A DNA stretch of 64,000 nucleotides. Origin: Phycisphaerae bacterium. Its GTDB lineage: Bacteria; Planctomycetota; Phycisphaerae; UBA1845. Position numbers and translations under genes: made by a program. This document shows, one piece after another, positions 1 through 9,700 of this stretch; position 1 is the stretch's first letter; every line of letters begins with the position of its first letter. The notes under the pieces were generated by a model. That model made no database searches, was not told the origin of the DNA, and saw only the letters and a list, made by a program, of their open reading frames with translations. The DNA lies in NCBI GenBank assembly GCA_963666835.2, contig CAXXGO010000001.1:640001-704000 (forward strand), written 5' to 3'.

Positions 1-342
1 CCGGGCTGTGCTGCGGAACCGTGTGTTCCTATTGGTCCAAATGACTGCAACAAAAACGGAATTCCAGATAATGCCGATCTTCTGGCCGGGAATTCGGCGG
101 ACGAGAATCTCAATGGAGTTCCAGATGAATGTGAACGCCCTGGAGATCTCAACCAGGACGGACACGTGGATGGCGCCGATTTCGCGATCTTCGCCGGCTG
201 CTTCGCAGGGTGCGGCACGGCCTCGCCGCCCGTTGGGTGTAGCCCGACAGACTTCGGACACGCGGATGTGGATCGCGACTTCGATGTCGACTTGGGGGAC
301 TTCGCGGTGTTCATTGGGAGCTTCGACGGTGGCGGTGAATAG
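1..342 (+). CDS. C-terminal part of a probably secreted protein with DCNxNG/DxNxNG repeats and a dockerin/EF-hand-like C-terminal domain (5' truncated by window edge)
   Basis: Frame 1 is open from base 1 to TAG at 340-342: ...NDCNKNGIPDNAD...DENLNGVPDECERPGDLNQDGHVDGADFAIF...ADVDRDFDVDLGDFAVF...; not in the ORF track. Confidence 0.85.
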   Translation, partial: PGCAAEPCVPIGPNDCNKNGIPDNADLLAGNSADENLNGVPDECERPGDLNQDGHVDGADFAIFAGCFAGCGTASPPVGCSPTDFGHADVDRDFDVDLGDFAVFIGSFDGGGE

Positions 343-511
343 AATCGGGCGGCCCGAACCTTCGGGGGTCTGGGAACGTAACGCCCGGGGCATCGGGAAG
401 GTCTGAGTGGCCCACCCGCAATCTCGGTGAGAGCAATATTGTCACCGGGCAGGGAAGTCCGGCGTCGCGAGCAAGCGAGATGAAACGGAAGGTCCTCACT
501 GGAGAAGAGAC

Positions 512-637
512 ATGGGAATACGGAAACCAGGTAGGAGACGTGTTATCCAGGCGGTGCTCCTCGGAGGCGCCGCCTTGGCGGCCGGCATCGGCCCAGCGTT
601 GGCGTCGCAACCAACGCGTCTGTCGGCGGCGTGGTAA
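512..637 (+). pseudogene. Tat-like signal peptide-only ORF (41 aa), probable truncated secreted-protein gene
   Basis: GGAG upstream of ATG; MGIRKPGRRRVIQAVLLGGAALAAGIGPALA-SQPTRLSAAW*: twin-Arg, hydrophobic core, AxA site, stop 10 codons later. Confidence 0.5.
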
Positions 638-759
638 GCTGGGTCTGCCGAACCGGTGGCTTGCCGCGTGCATGGGGCCGCACGCGAAACGAGAGGTTGG
701 GAGCAGGCGCGGTGCGGCGCCGGATCAGCTCTGGTGGCGCGTATGAGGCATTGACTCTG

Positions 760-1176
760 CTACTCCGGCAGGTTCTCCGTATATCTGCACCGAGGAAACT
801 TGCTGCAACCGAGAAACTGGCCATACGGTCCGTTGCGCGGAACGAGTTGCCCAGCGCAACCTGGCGAGGGACACGGACGTACTTCGCAGATCGGGATCCG
901 CTGTCGATGCTTGCCGCGGATACAGATCGCGACGATCTCCTCCCGTTCCGTCAGCCCGACGTCCGTCACCGAGACTTCGACGCCCAGAACCGATGTGGAG
1001 AAGGGCAGCGCCAAGTGCTCCTCGATCATCGTGACGAAGCCGGTGACGGCCTCCGACTCGTCGTGGCAGTCCACCGTCGCTTCCTCGACAAGCGTAGCCA
1101 GTCGTCTCTTGCTCAACGACGGCCGCGTCGTTTTCTTCCGCCTTGCGGGCATTCGCCCTCTCCTTGCCTCGTTCAT
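760..1176 (-). CDS. CcbP-like (calcium-binding family) domain fused to a topoisomerase-type C4 zinc ribbon
   Basis: N-part EEATVDCHDESEAVTGFVTMIEEHLALPF...VLGVEV; C-part CPSPGC..LVPRNGPYGQFLGCSKFPRCRYT. Confidence 0.6.
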   Translation of the reverse strand: MNEARRGRMPARRKKTTRPSLSKRRLATLVEEATVDCHDESEAVTGFVTMIEEHLALPFSTSVLGVEVSVTDVGLTEREEIVAICIRGKHRQRIPICEVRPCPSPGCAGQLVPRNGPYGQFLGCSKFPRCRYTENLPE

Positions 1177-1200
1177 CCCGAATCGAGTGTTGGCCGTCCT

Positions 1201-2121
1201 CTAAGCGAGCATCCATGGCCCACGCGGATCCCAGACGTACTGGAAATCGCTGTCTTGGCTGAGCGCTTGCGCGATGGGCCCGAGGAACTTCCCGACCTCC
1301 TCCACCAAGGTCGCCAGTTCGCTGGGCGCATCCTCGAGCTTGCTTTTTCGCAGAAAAGCCCGCCACTGCGTTCGCCGCGCGACCTCCGCCGCGAATCCTG
1401 CACTCAGCCCCACCGGCCGTTCAAGGATCGGAGTGTCACGATGCGTGCACGTCTTCTTGATGGCTTCCGCAAGGCGCGCCCCGTCGAATGAGAAGCTCCG
1501 CGAGAGCAGCCAGATGTCGAAGTAATCACGCAGGCGGCTGTTGAACATGCCGCGGTGCAGCATGACCTGGAACTTCTCAGCGACGACCGCCTCTCGCGGG
1601 TACGCCAGTAGTCTCGGAGCGGGGAAGCCAAGGAGTGTGGGGTAGTCTACCAGCGATGGTTCCGGCGTGATGACGTCGCCAAAGCCGACATCGACCTGCA
1701 TCTTGACTCGTGCCGTGCCGAGCTTGCCGTGGAACCGTAGTCGAACGCCTGCATAATCAGCCTCTTCCGTGATGGCGGCACCTGACACGCTTTCATCGTC
1801 AAACTGCAAGCCGTCGTCCTCTACGGCTTGCCGACAGATTGCGCGAACGATGGCCACAAGTGCTTCGGGCGCATTGCTCGTACGACCGAGCACGTCGATG
1901 TCCATCGTCGGGCGTACGAAGGGCGCTTCCCAAACTTGCAGCAGCAGCGCACCTTTCAAGACAAACCGATCGCCGTACTCCGATTCCGACAGGCGGTAGA
2001 GGAAACGCTCCATCGCAAAGTGCTGGAGCAGTTCATTGAACGGACGGTTGCTTCCTCGCGCCTTGTTGAGAAGTCGCTGGCGAACTGAGGCCGCGGTGTT
2101 CATAATATGCCGAGCGGTCAA
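1201..2121 (-). CDS. AbiEii-family nucleotidyltransferase toxin (type IV TA / abortive infection)
   Basis: AASVRQRLLN, ERFLYRLS, FVLKGALLL, RPTMDID, VVAEKF, NSRLRDYFD motifs; 4-bp overlap with upstream antitoxin gene. Confidence 0.9.
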   Translation of the reverse strand: MTARHIMNTAASVRQRLLNKARGSNRPFNELLQHFAMERFLYRLSESEYGDRFVLKGALLLQVWEAPFVRPTMDIDVLGRTSNAPEALVAIVRAICRQAVEDDGLQFDDESVSGAAITEEADYAGVRLRFHGKLGTARVKMQVDVGFGDVITPEPSLVDYPTLLGFPAPRLLAYPREAVVAEKFQVMLHRGMFNSRLRDYFDIWLLSRSFSFDGARLAEAIKKTCTHRDTPILERPVGLSAGFAAEVARRTQWRAFLRKSKLEDAPSELATLVEEVGKFLGPIAQALSQDSDFQYVWDPRGPWMLA

Positions 2122-2735
2122 AGCATCGCTTCCAGATAAGGCCGCATGACATTCTGCACCCGGTCGATCCGTGCGTAACGCATCAGTTCATCAAGGTCGG
2201 GACGTCGGCGCTTGCAGTAGAACCGCAGCGCCTCCATCGCGACGTCGAGGCCGAGCTTGTTTCGGTACTTGAAGCAGTCCGCGATGGTTTTCTCGGGACA
2301 GAAGATGCGGACGGTCACATCGTCAATCGTATGCTCTTTGGCGCCTGCTTCCATGGCCTTGGCCGAAAACCAGTACACGCGAATCGGTGGAAACTCGAGA
2401 CGGGGAAGCTCCGTGTGATGCGGAAGTGCCACGGATACCTCGTGCGGGATCTGGGTCGTAAGTTCGTGGTGGGCAAGCGCCGAAATCAGGCAGATGACGC
2501 CGGCGCGCACTTTGAGTGCAACCGTGACGAGATCGGGATCACCGATTTCCGGCAGCTCGGCCAGCCGGTACAGCCCGCGCTCCAGACGTTCGAGGAACCC
2601 CGAATCTCTCAGCGCGTAGAGAGTCCGCGGGTGAACACCGGCGCGGATCGCCTCGGCCGTTCGGATCACGCCGCCTTGCCCTTGGCATAGCCTGCGAACG
2701 GCTTCCCGCTGGTTTTCTCGAATGCTCGTGCCCAT
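2118..2735 (-). CDS. AbiEi-family antitoxin / transcriptional regulator
   Basis: N-terminal wHTH (GVIRTAEAIRAGVH...LERLERGLY), ICLISALAHHELTTQIP, EKTIADCFKYRNKLG. Confidence 0.9.
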   Translation of the reverse strand: MGTSIRENQREAVRRLCQGQGGVIRTAEAIRAGVHPRTLYALRDSGFLERLERGLYRLAELPEIGDPDLVTVALKVRAGVICLISALAHHELTTQIPHEVSVALPHHTELPRLEFPPIRVYWFSAKAMEAGAKEHTIDDVTVRIFCPEKTIADCFKYRNKLGLDVAMEALRFYCKRRRPDLDELMRYARIDRVQNVMRPYLEAML

Positions 2736-2736
2736 G

Positions 2737-2802
2737 TGGACATAAATCCCGTCACTTGCCCATATGTAACGGTAATTCTATCCATCAACCTTGGGAGGTC
2801 AA
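2737..2802 (-). promoter_or_regulatory. Sigma70-like promoter of the abiE operon overlapped by an imperfect inverted repeat (candidate AbiEi operator)
   Basis: Minus strand TTGACC (2802-2797), 16 bp, TAGAAT (2780-2775); inverted repeat 2737-2755 / 2766-2784 with 14 of 19 matches. Confidence 0.6.
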
Positions 2803-2846
2803 CGCATGCCGGAGTAACCTGCTCAGAGAGGGTCCCAGAAGCATGG

Positions 2847-3044
2847 GATGTCGACAAAGCCCGCGACGGCGACCTGGCCGCGATCAAGTTGCTGTTCGAC
2901 CGCACCCTCGGTCACACGCCTGATCCGCAGTTGCTCGACTTGCAGGATTTCAAGGAACGTGAGCTGGCTATTGCCAAGCAACGAGCCGAGGCGGCCATGG
3001 TAATGGCGGACGCGGCCGAGGAGAGGGCGTTGTTTTCAGACTGA
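2847..3044 (+). pseudogene. Probable N-truncated remnant of a small phage-like helical protein (possibly DUF5681-like)
   Basis: KARDGDLAAIKLLFDRTLG motif; no convincing start because the upstream part is the abiE promoter. Confidence 0.3.
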
Positions 3045-3111
3045 AGGATCTTGTTGATTGTCGCGCCGTACGGGCGGACAATGGTCAACGCAGATAGTAG
3101 GAGCGACACCC

Positions 3112-3567
3112 ATGGAGAGTAGATTGGAGAACGCCGCGGCGCATATTACGAGGGAGATCCTCTCTGTCGCTCGCGATGCCGCTAGGGCCATTCTCGCCGA
3201 GGCGGACGATCACCCGACGATCACGGTGACTCCTGAGCTGATAAGAGCGCGGGATGAAGCCCTGATGTCGCTCATGACCTCGGACGATCCGGGGATCGTG
3301 AGTAGGGGGCTGCGGGAGATGGCCCTTCTGAACCGGGAACGTCTGCATATCCAAAAGATGGAATTGGACTTCGCCATAACGACCACCAAGCTTGTCGTCG
3401 ACCGCCTGGGCGTTCAATTGCTCAGGCAAGCCCAGGCGTCGCCACAACCGGCACGACTGGCCGCGGCGAAAAGCGACGAAGCCGCCGCAGATGATGCGAA
3501 GATACTGCCCCTGCGGGATACCGTCGAAACCACGCGAGCCGGATCCAATGCCAAGGCCGTGGCGTAG
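3112..3567 (+). CDS. Hypothetical protein
   Basis: AGGAG RBS before ATG 3112; 151-aa helical-looking ORF. Confidence 0.55.
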   Translation: MESRLENAAAHITREILSVARDAARAILAEADDHPTITVTPELIRARDEALMSLMTSDDPGIVSRGLREMALLNRERLHIQKMELDFAITTTKLVVDRLGVQLLRQAQASPQPARLAAAKSDEAAADDAKILPLRDTVETTRAGSNAKAVA

Positions 3568-4022
3568 GACGGCAAGAAGTCGTGCAAACGGGCGGGCTAG
3601 GGACCTCGCGGCTCGCGGCCGCCCGACCGGGCGATCTTCACCGTGCCGAGGGAGGCGATCGGAGCGGTCGCCGTTCGGCGGGCGGGAGCTCCGCCTGTTG
3701 TGAGACCCTGCAGGAGCCTGGGTCTGTCGGCGCGCTCGCCAGAGCGGCTTGTCGCGGCCTCGCGGGCATCTGCGGTTCACGTATGCCGTGCGGGCCAAGT
3801 GCGAGCGGGGCGCGCGTCACGGCATTGCGGGGCTGGAGGTCAACCGCGGCGACGAAGTCGCAGGATCGCCAATCTTACGGGCCTGAGGCGGGGCATGCGC
3901 AGGTAGCTGGCCCGCCCACGCCCCCCGTAAGCCGCCAGAGCCCCTCATGGCCGGTCGGTCCCTGGCCCCACGCCAGAACGAACCGAATTCCGCTAAAGTA
4001 GTACTGTTTTCACTTGGCGTCT

Positions 4023-4260
4023 TCAGCCAGCGTCCGGTAGTATGACAACTTGTCCATTGTGTAGCCCGGGTCGCCCCAGGAAATCCAGCCATCCCCAGCG
4101 GTCTCCGTCTGGGCCGAATCCGGCGACGGCGGCATGGTAATCGCCGGTGTCCGCGCCGAAAACCTGCGTTCCCCAGAGATAGACCTTGCCGAGTTCGTCC
4201 AGTTGCGGCGGCAGTTCGCACAGTGACGGGCAGGACAACGAGTAGATGGTCGTGGCGGAC
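4023..4260 (-). pseudogene. C-terminal fragment of an unknown protein
   Basis: Protein-like segment ELGKVYLWGTQVFGADTGDYHAAVAGFGPDGDRWGWLDFLG ending at the stop at 4023; no good start. Confidence 0.3.
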
Positions 4261-4461
4261 AAACGAGTCACGCGGCAGGCGAACCATGAACTGGCGATAG
4301 CCCCAGTTCGTTACGTAGACGAATGCGTCGAAACATCGTTCCATGAGTTCAATCGGATCTCCGCGGAAATCGCCCCAGTGGTAGACGTTGACAAAACTCG
4401 TCGTCGTAATCTGAGCGCGTGTGGAAAGTCCGCGGAGCCAACGCATGTCGTGCTCGGATAG
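4261..4461 (-). pseudogene. Fragment of a conserved hypothetical protein (family whose N-terminus usually reads MSEYQYYEF...LRALSTRAEIT...YxWGDF)
   Basis: LSEHDMRWLRGLSTRAQITTTSFVNVYHWGDFRGDPIELMERCFDAFVYVTNWGYRQFMVRLP; both termini missing. Confidence 0.55.
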
Positions 4462-4691
4462 CCGAGGTGCGGGTTGAGCGCGGGAACTTCTTCTCCCGGC
4501 CGGCGTCCAAGCAGGTGTGGTCCGGCGCATCTTCAGAGTTTCGCCTTTTTAGGTGCCGGAGGTCTTGTTGGGTCTGAATGGACTCTGTTCTTTGCTGCGC
4601 CGGCACTCTGTCCCGGCGCGACGGAGCGGCCGGGTTCTGTGGCCTCGGCGTGGGCGGAAGAAGGACCGCAATCACTTGATGGGAGGAACAC

Positions 4692-5468
4692 ATGAAAACC
4701 GGTGTAGTTGCAGTAATAGGCTTGGGGTTGGTGTTCGCGATAAGCGTGGCGGCCGCGCCGCGTTCGCTATACGATGCTGGGCAGAATAAGGAGGGATCCG
4801 GCGATCAGAAGAAGGTGCGGCCGTTTCAGAATGGGGCCGGACCGATCGTTGGGAATGTAGAACCCGGGCAGGACGAGTCGCCTTTAAAGCGAGGCCCTTT
4901 GCCCGGCAGCGATGAGGAGAAGCGGATCTTGAACGTTCTCGATGAGATGGACCGTAACGAGCGCCGGGGGATGATGAACGTCCCTAAGGAGGACGGCCGG
5001 TTACTGCGGGTATTGGCCGAGTCGATCGGGGCACAACAAGTGGTCGAAGTGGGGACGTCCAACGGATACTCGACGATCTGGCTTTGCCTGGCTCTGCGGA
5101 GTACCGGGGGGAAGGTGACCACGTTCGAGTATGACGCTCATCGCGCAGGCTTAGCCCGGCAGAACTTCAAACGCGCCGGTGTCGAGGGGCTGGTTACCCT
5201 GGTCGAGGGTGACGCCCACGTCGAGGTTACGAAGCTGACCGAGCCGATTGATCTGGTTTTCCTGGACGCGGATAAGCCGGGCTATCTCGACTATCTGAAT
5301 AAGCTTCTGCCCCTGGTGAGACCCGGCGGGCTCATCGTTGCGCACAACATGGTCAGCCCTGCCCCGGATCCGGCGTTTGTCGAAGCGATCACGACGAACC
5401 CGGGATTGGAGACGATATTCCTGAACATGGATGCCGCCGGTGTGGGCGTGTCACTCAAGAAACGCTAA
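4692..5468 (+). CDS. Class I SAM-dependent O-methyltransferase (YrrM/CCoAOMT-like) with an N-terminal signal peptide
   Basis: VVEVGTSNGYSTIW, DLVFLDADK, GGLIVAHN motifs; GGAGG RBS; leader MKTGVVAVIGLGLVFAISVAA. Confidence 0.88.
   Translation: MKTGVVAVIGLGLVFAISVAAAPRSLYDAGQNKEGSGDQKKVRPFQNGAGPIVGNVEPGQDESPLKRGPLPGSDEEKRILNVLDEMDRNERRGMMNVPKEDGRLLRVLAESIGAQQVVEVGTSNGYSTIWLCLALRSTGGKVTTFEYDAHRAGLARQNFKRAGVEGLVTLVEGDAHVEVTKLTEPIDLVFLDADKPGYLDYLNKLLPLVRPGGLIVAHNMVSPAPDPAFVEAITTNPGLETIFLNMDAAGVGVSLKKR
5439..5467 (+). repeat. 29-bp direct repeat, copy 1 (3' end of the methyltransferase gene)
   Basis: GGTGTGGGCGTGTCACTCAAGAAACGCTA, identical at 6081-6109. Confidence 0.95.
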
Positions 5469-5507
5469 GCGTTTCACGCGCGTTCGTAGTAATGTTACGC
5501 CGCGCTT

Positions 5508-6077
5508 GTAGGGCAGCGTCGAGGCACGAGACCTGCCGCGGTCCCTGCGCGACGCGTGCCTTTGTGGCAGGTCTCGTTCCTCGACCGTGCCCTACGTGGG
5601 TGGCATGGGCCAACTTGTTGGCTCGTGGCGTCGCATGATGCCGGGTATGCAGGTGCGTGTTCGCGCGAAGGTTGCTATTGTGGCGGGTCTTCGGGGGACG
5701 CGCGCCTTTGTGGCAGGTCTCGTTCCTCGACCGTGCCCTACGTGGGTGACCAACTTGTTGGCCCGTGGCGTCGCATGATGCCGGGTATGCAGGTGCGTGT
5801 TCGCGCGAAGGTTGCTATTGTGGCGGGTCTTCGGGGGATGCGTGCCTTTGTTGCAGGTCTCGTTCCTCGACCGTGCCCTACGTGGGTGACCAACTTGTTG
5901 GCCCGTGGCGTCGCATGATGCCGGGTATGCAGGTGCGTGTTCGCGCGAAGGTTGCTATTGTGGCGGGTCTTCGGGGGATGCGTGCCTTTGTGGCAGGTCT
6001 CGTTCCTCGACCGTGCCCTACAGTTCCTGCGCGGCGGGTGAAGTTGCGGCAGGTCTCGTACCTCGACCATGCCCTAC
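5508..6077. repeat. REP array 1 (BIME-like): inverted REP-A doublet, 140-bp tandem units and a terminal REP-A
   Basis: REP-A(+) 5508-5539, REP-A(-) 5564-5595, REP-B 5599-5627; 140-bp period (GCGTCGCATGATG at 5628, 5768, 5908); last REP-A(-) 6046-6077. Confidence 0.92.
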
Positions 6078-6080
6078 GTG

Positions 6081-6109
6081 GGTGTGGGCGTGTCACTCAA
6101 GAAACGCTA
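6081..6109 (+). repeat. 29-bp direct repeat, copy 2 (contains the stop codon of the convergent gene)
   Basis: Identical to 5439-5467. Confidence 0.95.
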
Positions 6110-6766
6110 GTCCTTCTCCAATACGGCGGTGGCCCAGGTGGACGGGTCGATGTGCCAGTAGAGGTCGTCGCCTACCGTCAGATACTGCTGGCCGTGGTCC
6201 TGGTCTTCGAGAATGTAGTAAAAGCCGATTCGCGAGTGCTCGACGGGGTCGAAGCCGCTGAGGCACCCGGCCGGGATGAATGCCTCGAGCCCGTATTCCG
6301 ACTTGGCAACCTGTGATGCGACGACGATCTGCTCGGCGGGCACGTGCGGCGCATCCTCGCGGGCGCGTTTGATCTTATTGACCCCGGCGGCGGCCTCGCG
6401 CTTTCGCGGACCCTTGCCGGTGGGAAGGAAGTAGAACTGCTGGCAGAAGCGCGTGGCTCTCTTGTTGGAACGCGCGTCGCGCATATCGGTGCAGAGCCGC
6501 AGGTTGTCCCCGGTCCAGAACGACGCCGGATCACACTTCAACGGGCGGCGCTTTCCGGTCACCCGGCAGGCGATGGCCAGGCCGGTCTTATTCCAGCAGG
6601 CCCACACGTCGGCGAAATCCGGGCGGTGATCCAGTTCCCCGAGCTTGGGGAGCAGCTCGGCATCCGTCCACCCGGAAAGGGTCCCGTCGATCGCGGGCAT
6701 TCTGCTCCGATGACGGAGCGGGAACTCGAAGTCGAACAACAGCCGGTTGGGAATCAGCTCCGTCAT
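6107..6766 (-). CDS. Conserved hypothetical protein, CBM9/DOMON-like fold
   Basis: PAIDGTLSGW, ADVWACWNKTGLAIACRV, FWTGDNLRL, YGLEAFIP pattern; 4-bp overlap with the uvrA stop. Confidence 0.65.
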   Translation of the reverse strand: MTELIPNRLLFDFEFPLRHRSRMPAIDGTLSGWTDAELLPKLGELDHRPDFADVWACWNKTGLAIACRVTGKRRPLKCDPASFWTGDNLRLCTDMRDARSNKRATRFCQQFYFLPTGKGPRKREAAAGVNKIKRAREDAPHVPAEQIVVASQVAKSEYGLEAFIPAGCLSGFDPVEHSRIGFYYILEDQDHGQQYLTVGDDLYWHIDPSTWATAVLEKD

Positions 6767-9700
6767 GTTGGTTGCGTGCTCCCGTCAAGGTCCAAAGCTC
6801 GGCAGGTGCGCCAAAGCTCGCGCAGTTGTTTCGGGTCGTTCTGGGGCAAAGAGCGCAGCCAGAAGCGGACGCGGTCGTGATCGCGGTGCCGCCTGATCTC
6901 CGGATCCTCGCCGAGCCGGTCGATCTGGGCGGGTGTGACCGTATTCCGCGGAACGCGAAACTCGAGGCGCAAGCCCCGCCCCATGTTAGTGACGATCTTG
7001 CCCGCGGAGTTCTTCTCGCCGGGGACCGTAAACCGGCCCGCAGTGCGGAGAGACCACGTGAAACTCAAGTTCGGCTCCAGAGACTTGAGCCGCCCGACCA
7101 TGGCCATGAGCAACGCCGGCTGCCAGCGAACCACATGCCGCTTGTGAATGGACTTCTGCGACAGATGCCAATCTTGCCCCAGCGTCTTCCAAGGAGCGAT
7201 CTTCTCCGGGGCCTCCTCCGCTTCCCGGATCTGCTCCGCGTACGCCCCGGCCGCGTCCTTTAGGAAGGTGCGGAACGTCCGCTTGTCCACGTCGACGAAG
7301 TCGCGGAGAAACAGCCTGACCTCCTGCCAGCCGGTGTCCGGAGATCGCAGGCGCACGCGATTCCATTGGCCATAGATCGGCAGATCGGAGCGTTGGTCCA
7401 GCGTCTTGACTTTCAATCTGCGGCGTAAGTCGGGCCCGGTGAACGTATCTTCAGCCACACGCAACGCCACCTCGATAAGGTCCTTGCTTCCGGTAAGGAT
7501 GTGACAGAACCATGACTTCTGCCCGGGGGCCTTCAGTTCGATCCGCGAGCGGTGATTCCAATCCGCCGGTGCGAACGAGCCGACGGACTCCATGGTCTCG
7601 ACCAGCCAGACGATCAGTTGCGGATCCCACTCGACGGGGACGCCTTGGTGGTCGACGTGGTCCACGGTGTGCCAGGCTTGACCGTCGCTGTCCCAGGGCA
7701 TCTGCACGTCGCCGCCAAGATCGATGGGACCGGCTAAGGTGGCTTCCATGTCCATTTGCTTGGCGCGATCGAAGACCTCCCGTTCCTCGCGAGGTCCGGC
7801 TTGCAGAACCGGCTTCAGCGCCGCGCCGGTGTGGGATTCCGCGGTTCGGGTCAGAATTTCGGGCGGACCGGATGACACCACGGTGCCACCGGCGTCGCTG
7901 GCCTCCGGCCCCAGATCTATCACCCAGTCGGCGGTCTTTATCACATCGAGGTTGTGCTCGATGCAGACGCACGAGTTGCCCAGATCAACCAGCCGATGGA
8001 GCACGACGAGGAGCTTCTTCAGGTCGTCGAAGTGCAATCCGGTCGTCGGTTCGTCCAGAATATACAGAGTCTTACCAGTCGACGGTCGTCCCAGCTCGGC
8101 CGCGAGTTTCACCCGCTGGGCCTCCCCGCCGGATAAGGTCGGAGCCGGCTGGCCCAGTTGTACGTACCCCAATCCGACGTCGTCGAGGGTCTGGAGCATT
8201 CGCCGGACCTTCGGCACGCTGTCGAACAGACCGAGGGCCTCGCTGACGCGCATGCCCAGCACATCGGCGATACTCTTCCCGCGGTACCCCACTTCGAGGG
8301 TCTCGGGTACGTATCGGGTTCCCTTGCAGTTCTCGCACTCGATCCACACGTCCGGGAGGAAGTGCATTTCGATGCACCGCCGGCCCATCCCCTCGCAGGC
8401 CTCACAGCGCCCACCCGGACGGTTGAAGCTGAAGCGGTTAGCGGAGTACCCGCGGACGCGACTGAGTGGGAGTTTGGCGAACAGCTCGCGGACCGCGTCG
8501 AACAGGCCGGTGTACGTGGCCGGGTTGCTGGTCGGACTGTTGCCGATCGGCGATTGGTCGGCGTTGATGACCTTATCGACGTGTTCGACCCCAGTAATCC
8601 GTTCGTGTCCGCCGGGAACGACTCGGGCGCGGTGGATCCTCGCGGCTAACGCTCTGTGGAGGATCTCGGTTACCAGGGTGCTCTTGCCGCTGCCCGATAC
8701 TCCGGTTACGCAGGTGAAGCGGCTCAGAGGGAACGCGACATCGATCTCTTTTAGGTTATTCGCCCGGGCTCCGTGAACTGTCAACCATTTGTTATAGGAT
8801 TCGTCGACGAGCCGGCGATTGGTCGGCACGGGGATAGCCTGTTTGCCGGATAAGTACTGCCCGGTCAGCGACGCCCGCTTCGTGCGTATTCTCTGTGGGG
8901 CGGCAGCCGCGGTGACCTCGCCACCGAAGGCGCCGGCCCCGGGTCCGAAGTCGAGCACGTGGTCCGCCGAGTCGATGACGTCGCGATCGTGCTCCACGAC
9001 CAGCAGGGTGTTGCCCAAGTCGCGCAGGCGGCGCAGGGCTTCGATCAGCCGGCCGTTGTCGCGGGGATGCAAGCCGATCGTCGGCTCGTCCAGCACGTAC
9101 AGCACTCCGGTCAGTCCGGTGCCGATCTGCGAGGCCAACTGGATACGCTGCGATTCTCCCCCGGATAGCGTCGACGCGGTTCGATGGAGGGATACGTAGT
9201 CCAGCCCGACGTCGACGAGGAAGCGCAGCCGGGAGGTAATTTCGTGGAGCAGCTCGCCGGCGATGCGGCGACCGCGGGCGTCTGGTTTTAGATTATCGAA
9301 CCAGGCCAGCGTCTTGCCGAGCGGCCAGAGGCATACTTCGTGGATCGTGGCTCCGTTTACGCGTACGGCGGCCGCATCGGGGCGGAGGCGTCCGCCCCGG
9401 CAGGCATCGCACGGGACCTCGGTGACCAGCTCTTCCAGGCGTTTGCGGTATTGCCAACTGGAACGCGTCGCGCGGTTGATAGCGGGGAAGAAGCCGTGCC
9501 ATCGGAACCGCAGGCCGGAGGCGCTTCCGGCCTTGCGGCGTTTCTTGTTTGACGGGGCGATCTCTATCCAGTCGTCGTCGCCGCCATGCAGGAAGGACAG
9601 TTGTTGAGTTTCGGATAGCTCGTTCCAGGGTGTGGCTATGTCGAAGCCGAAATGAGCGGCGAGGGCCGACGCGATGGCGCAGAGTTTCGAGCCCGGCGCA

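Noticed and set aside
3570..4020. GC-rich gap with short ORFs and a weak inverted repeat
   Set aside because: No supportable coding or structural signal.
5508..6077. Possible CRISPR array (regularly spaced ~30-bp palindromic repeats)
   Set aside because: The intervening sequences are near-identical rather than unique spacers, two repeat types alternate in opposite orientation, and no cas genes are present.
5556..6316. Several overlapping repetitive ORFs (VAGLVPRPCPT, WQVSFLDRAL)
   Set aside because: They are translations of the REP tandem units in multiple frames with no independent coding evidence.
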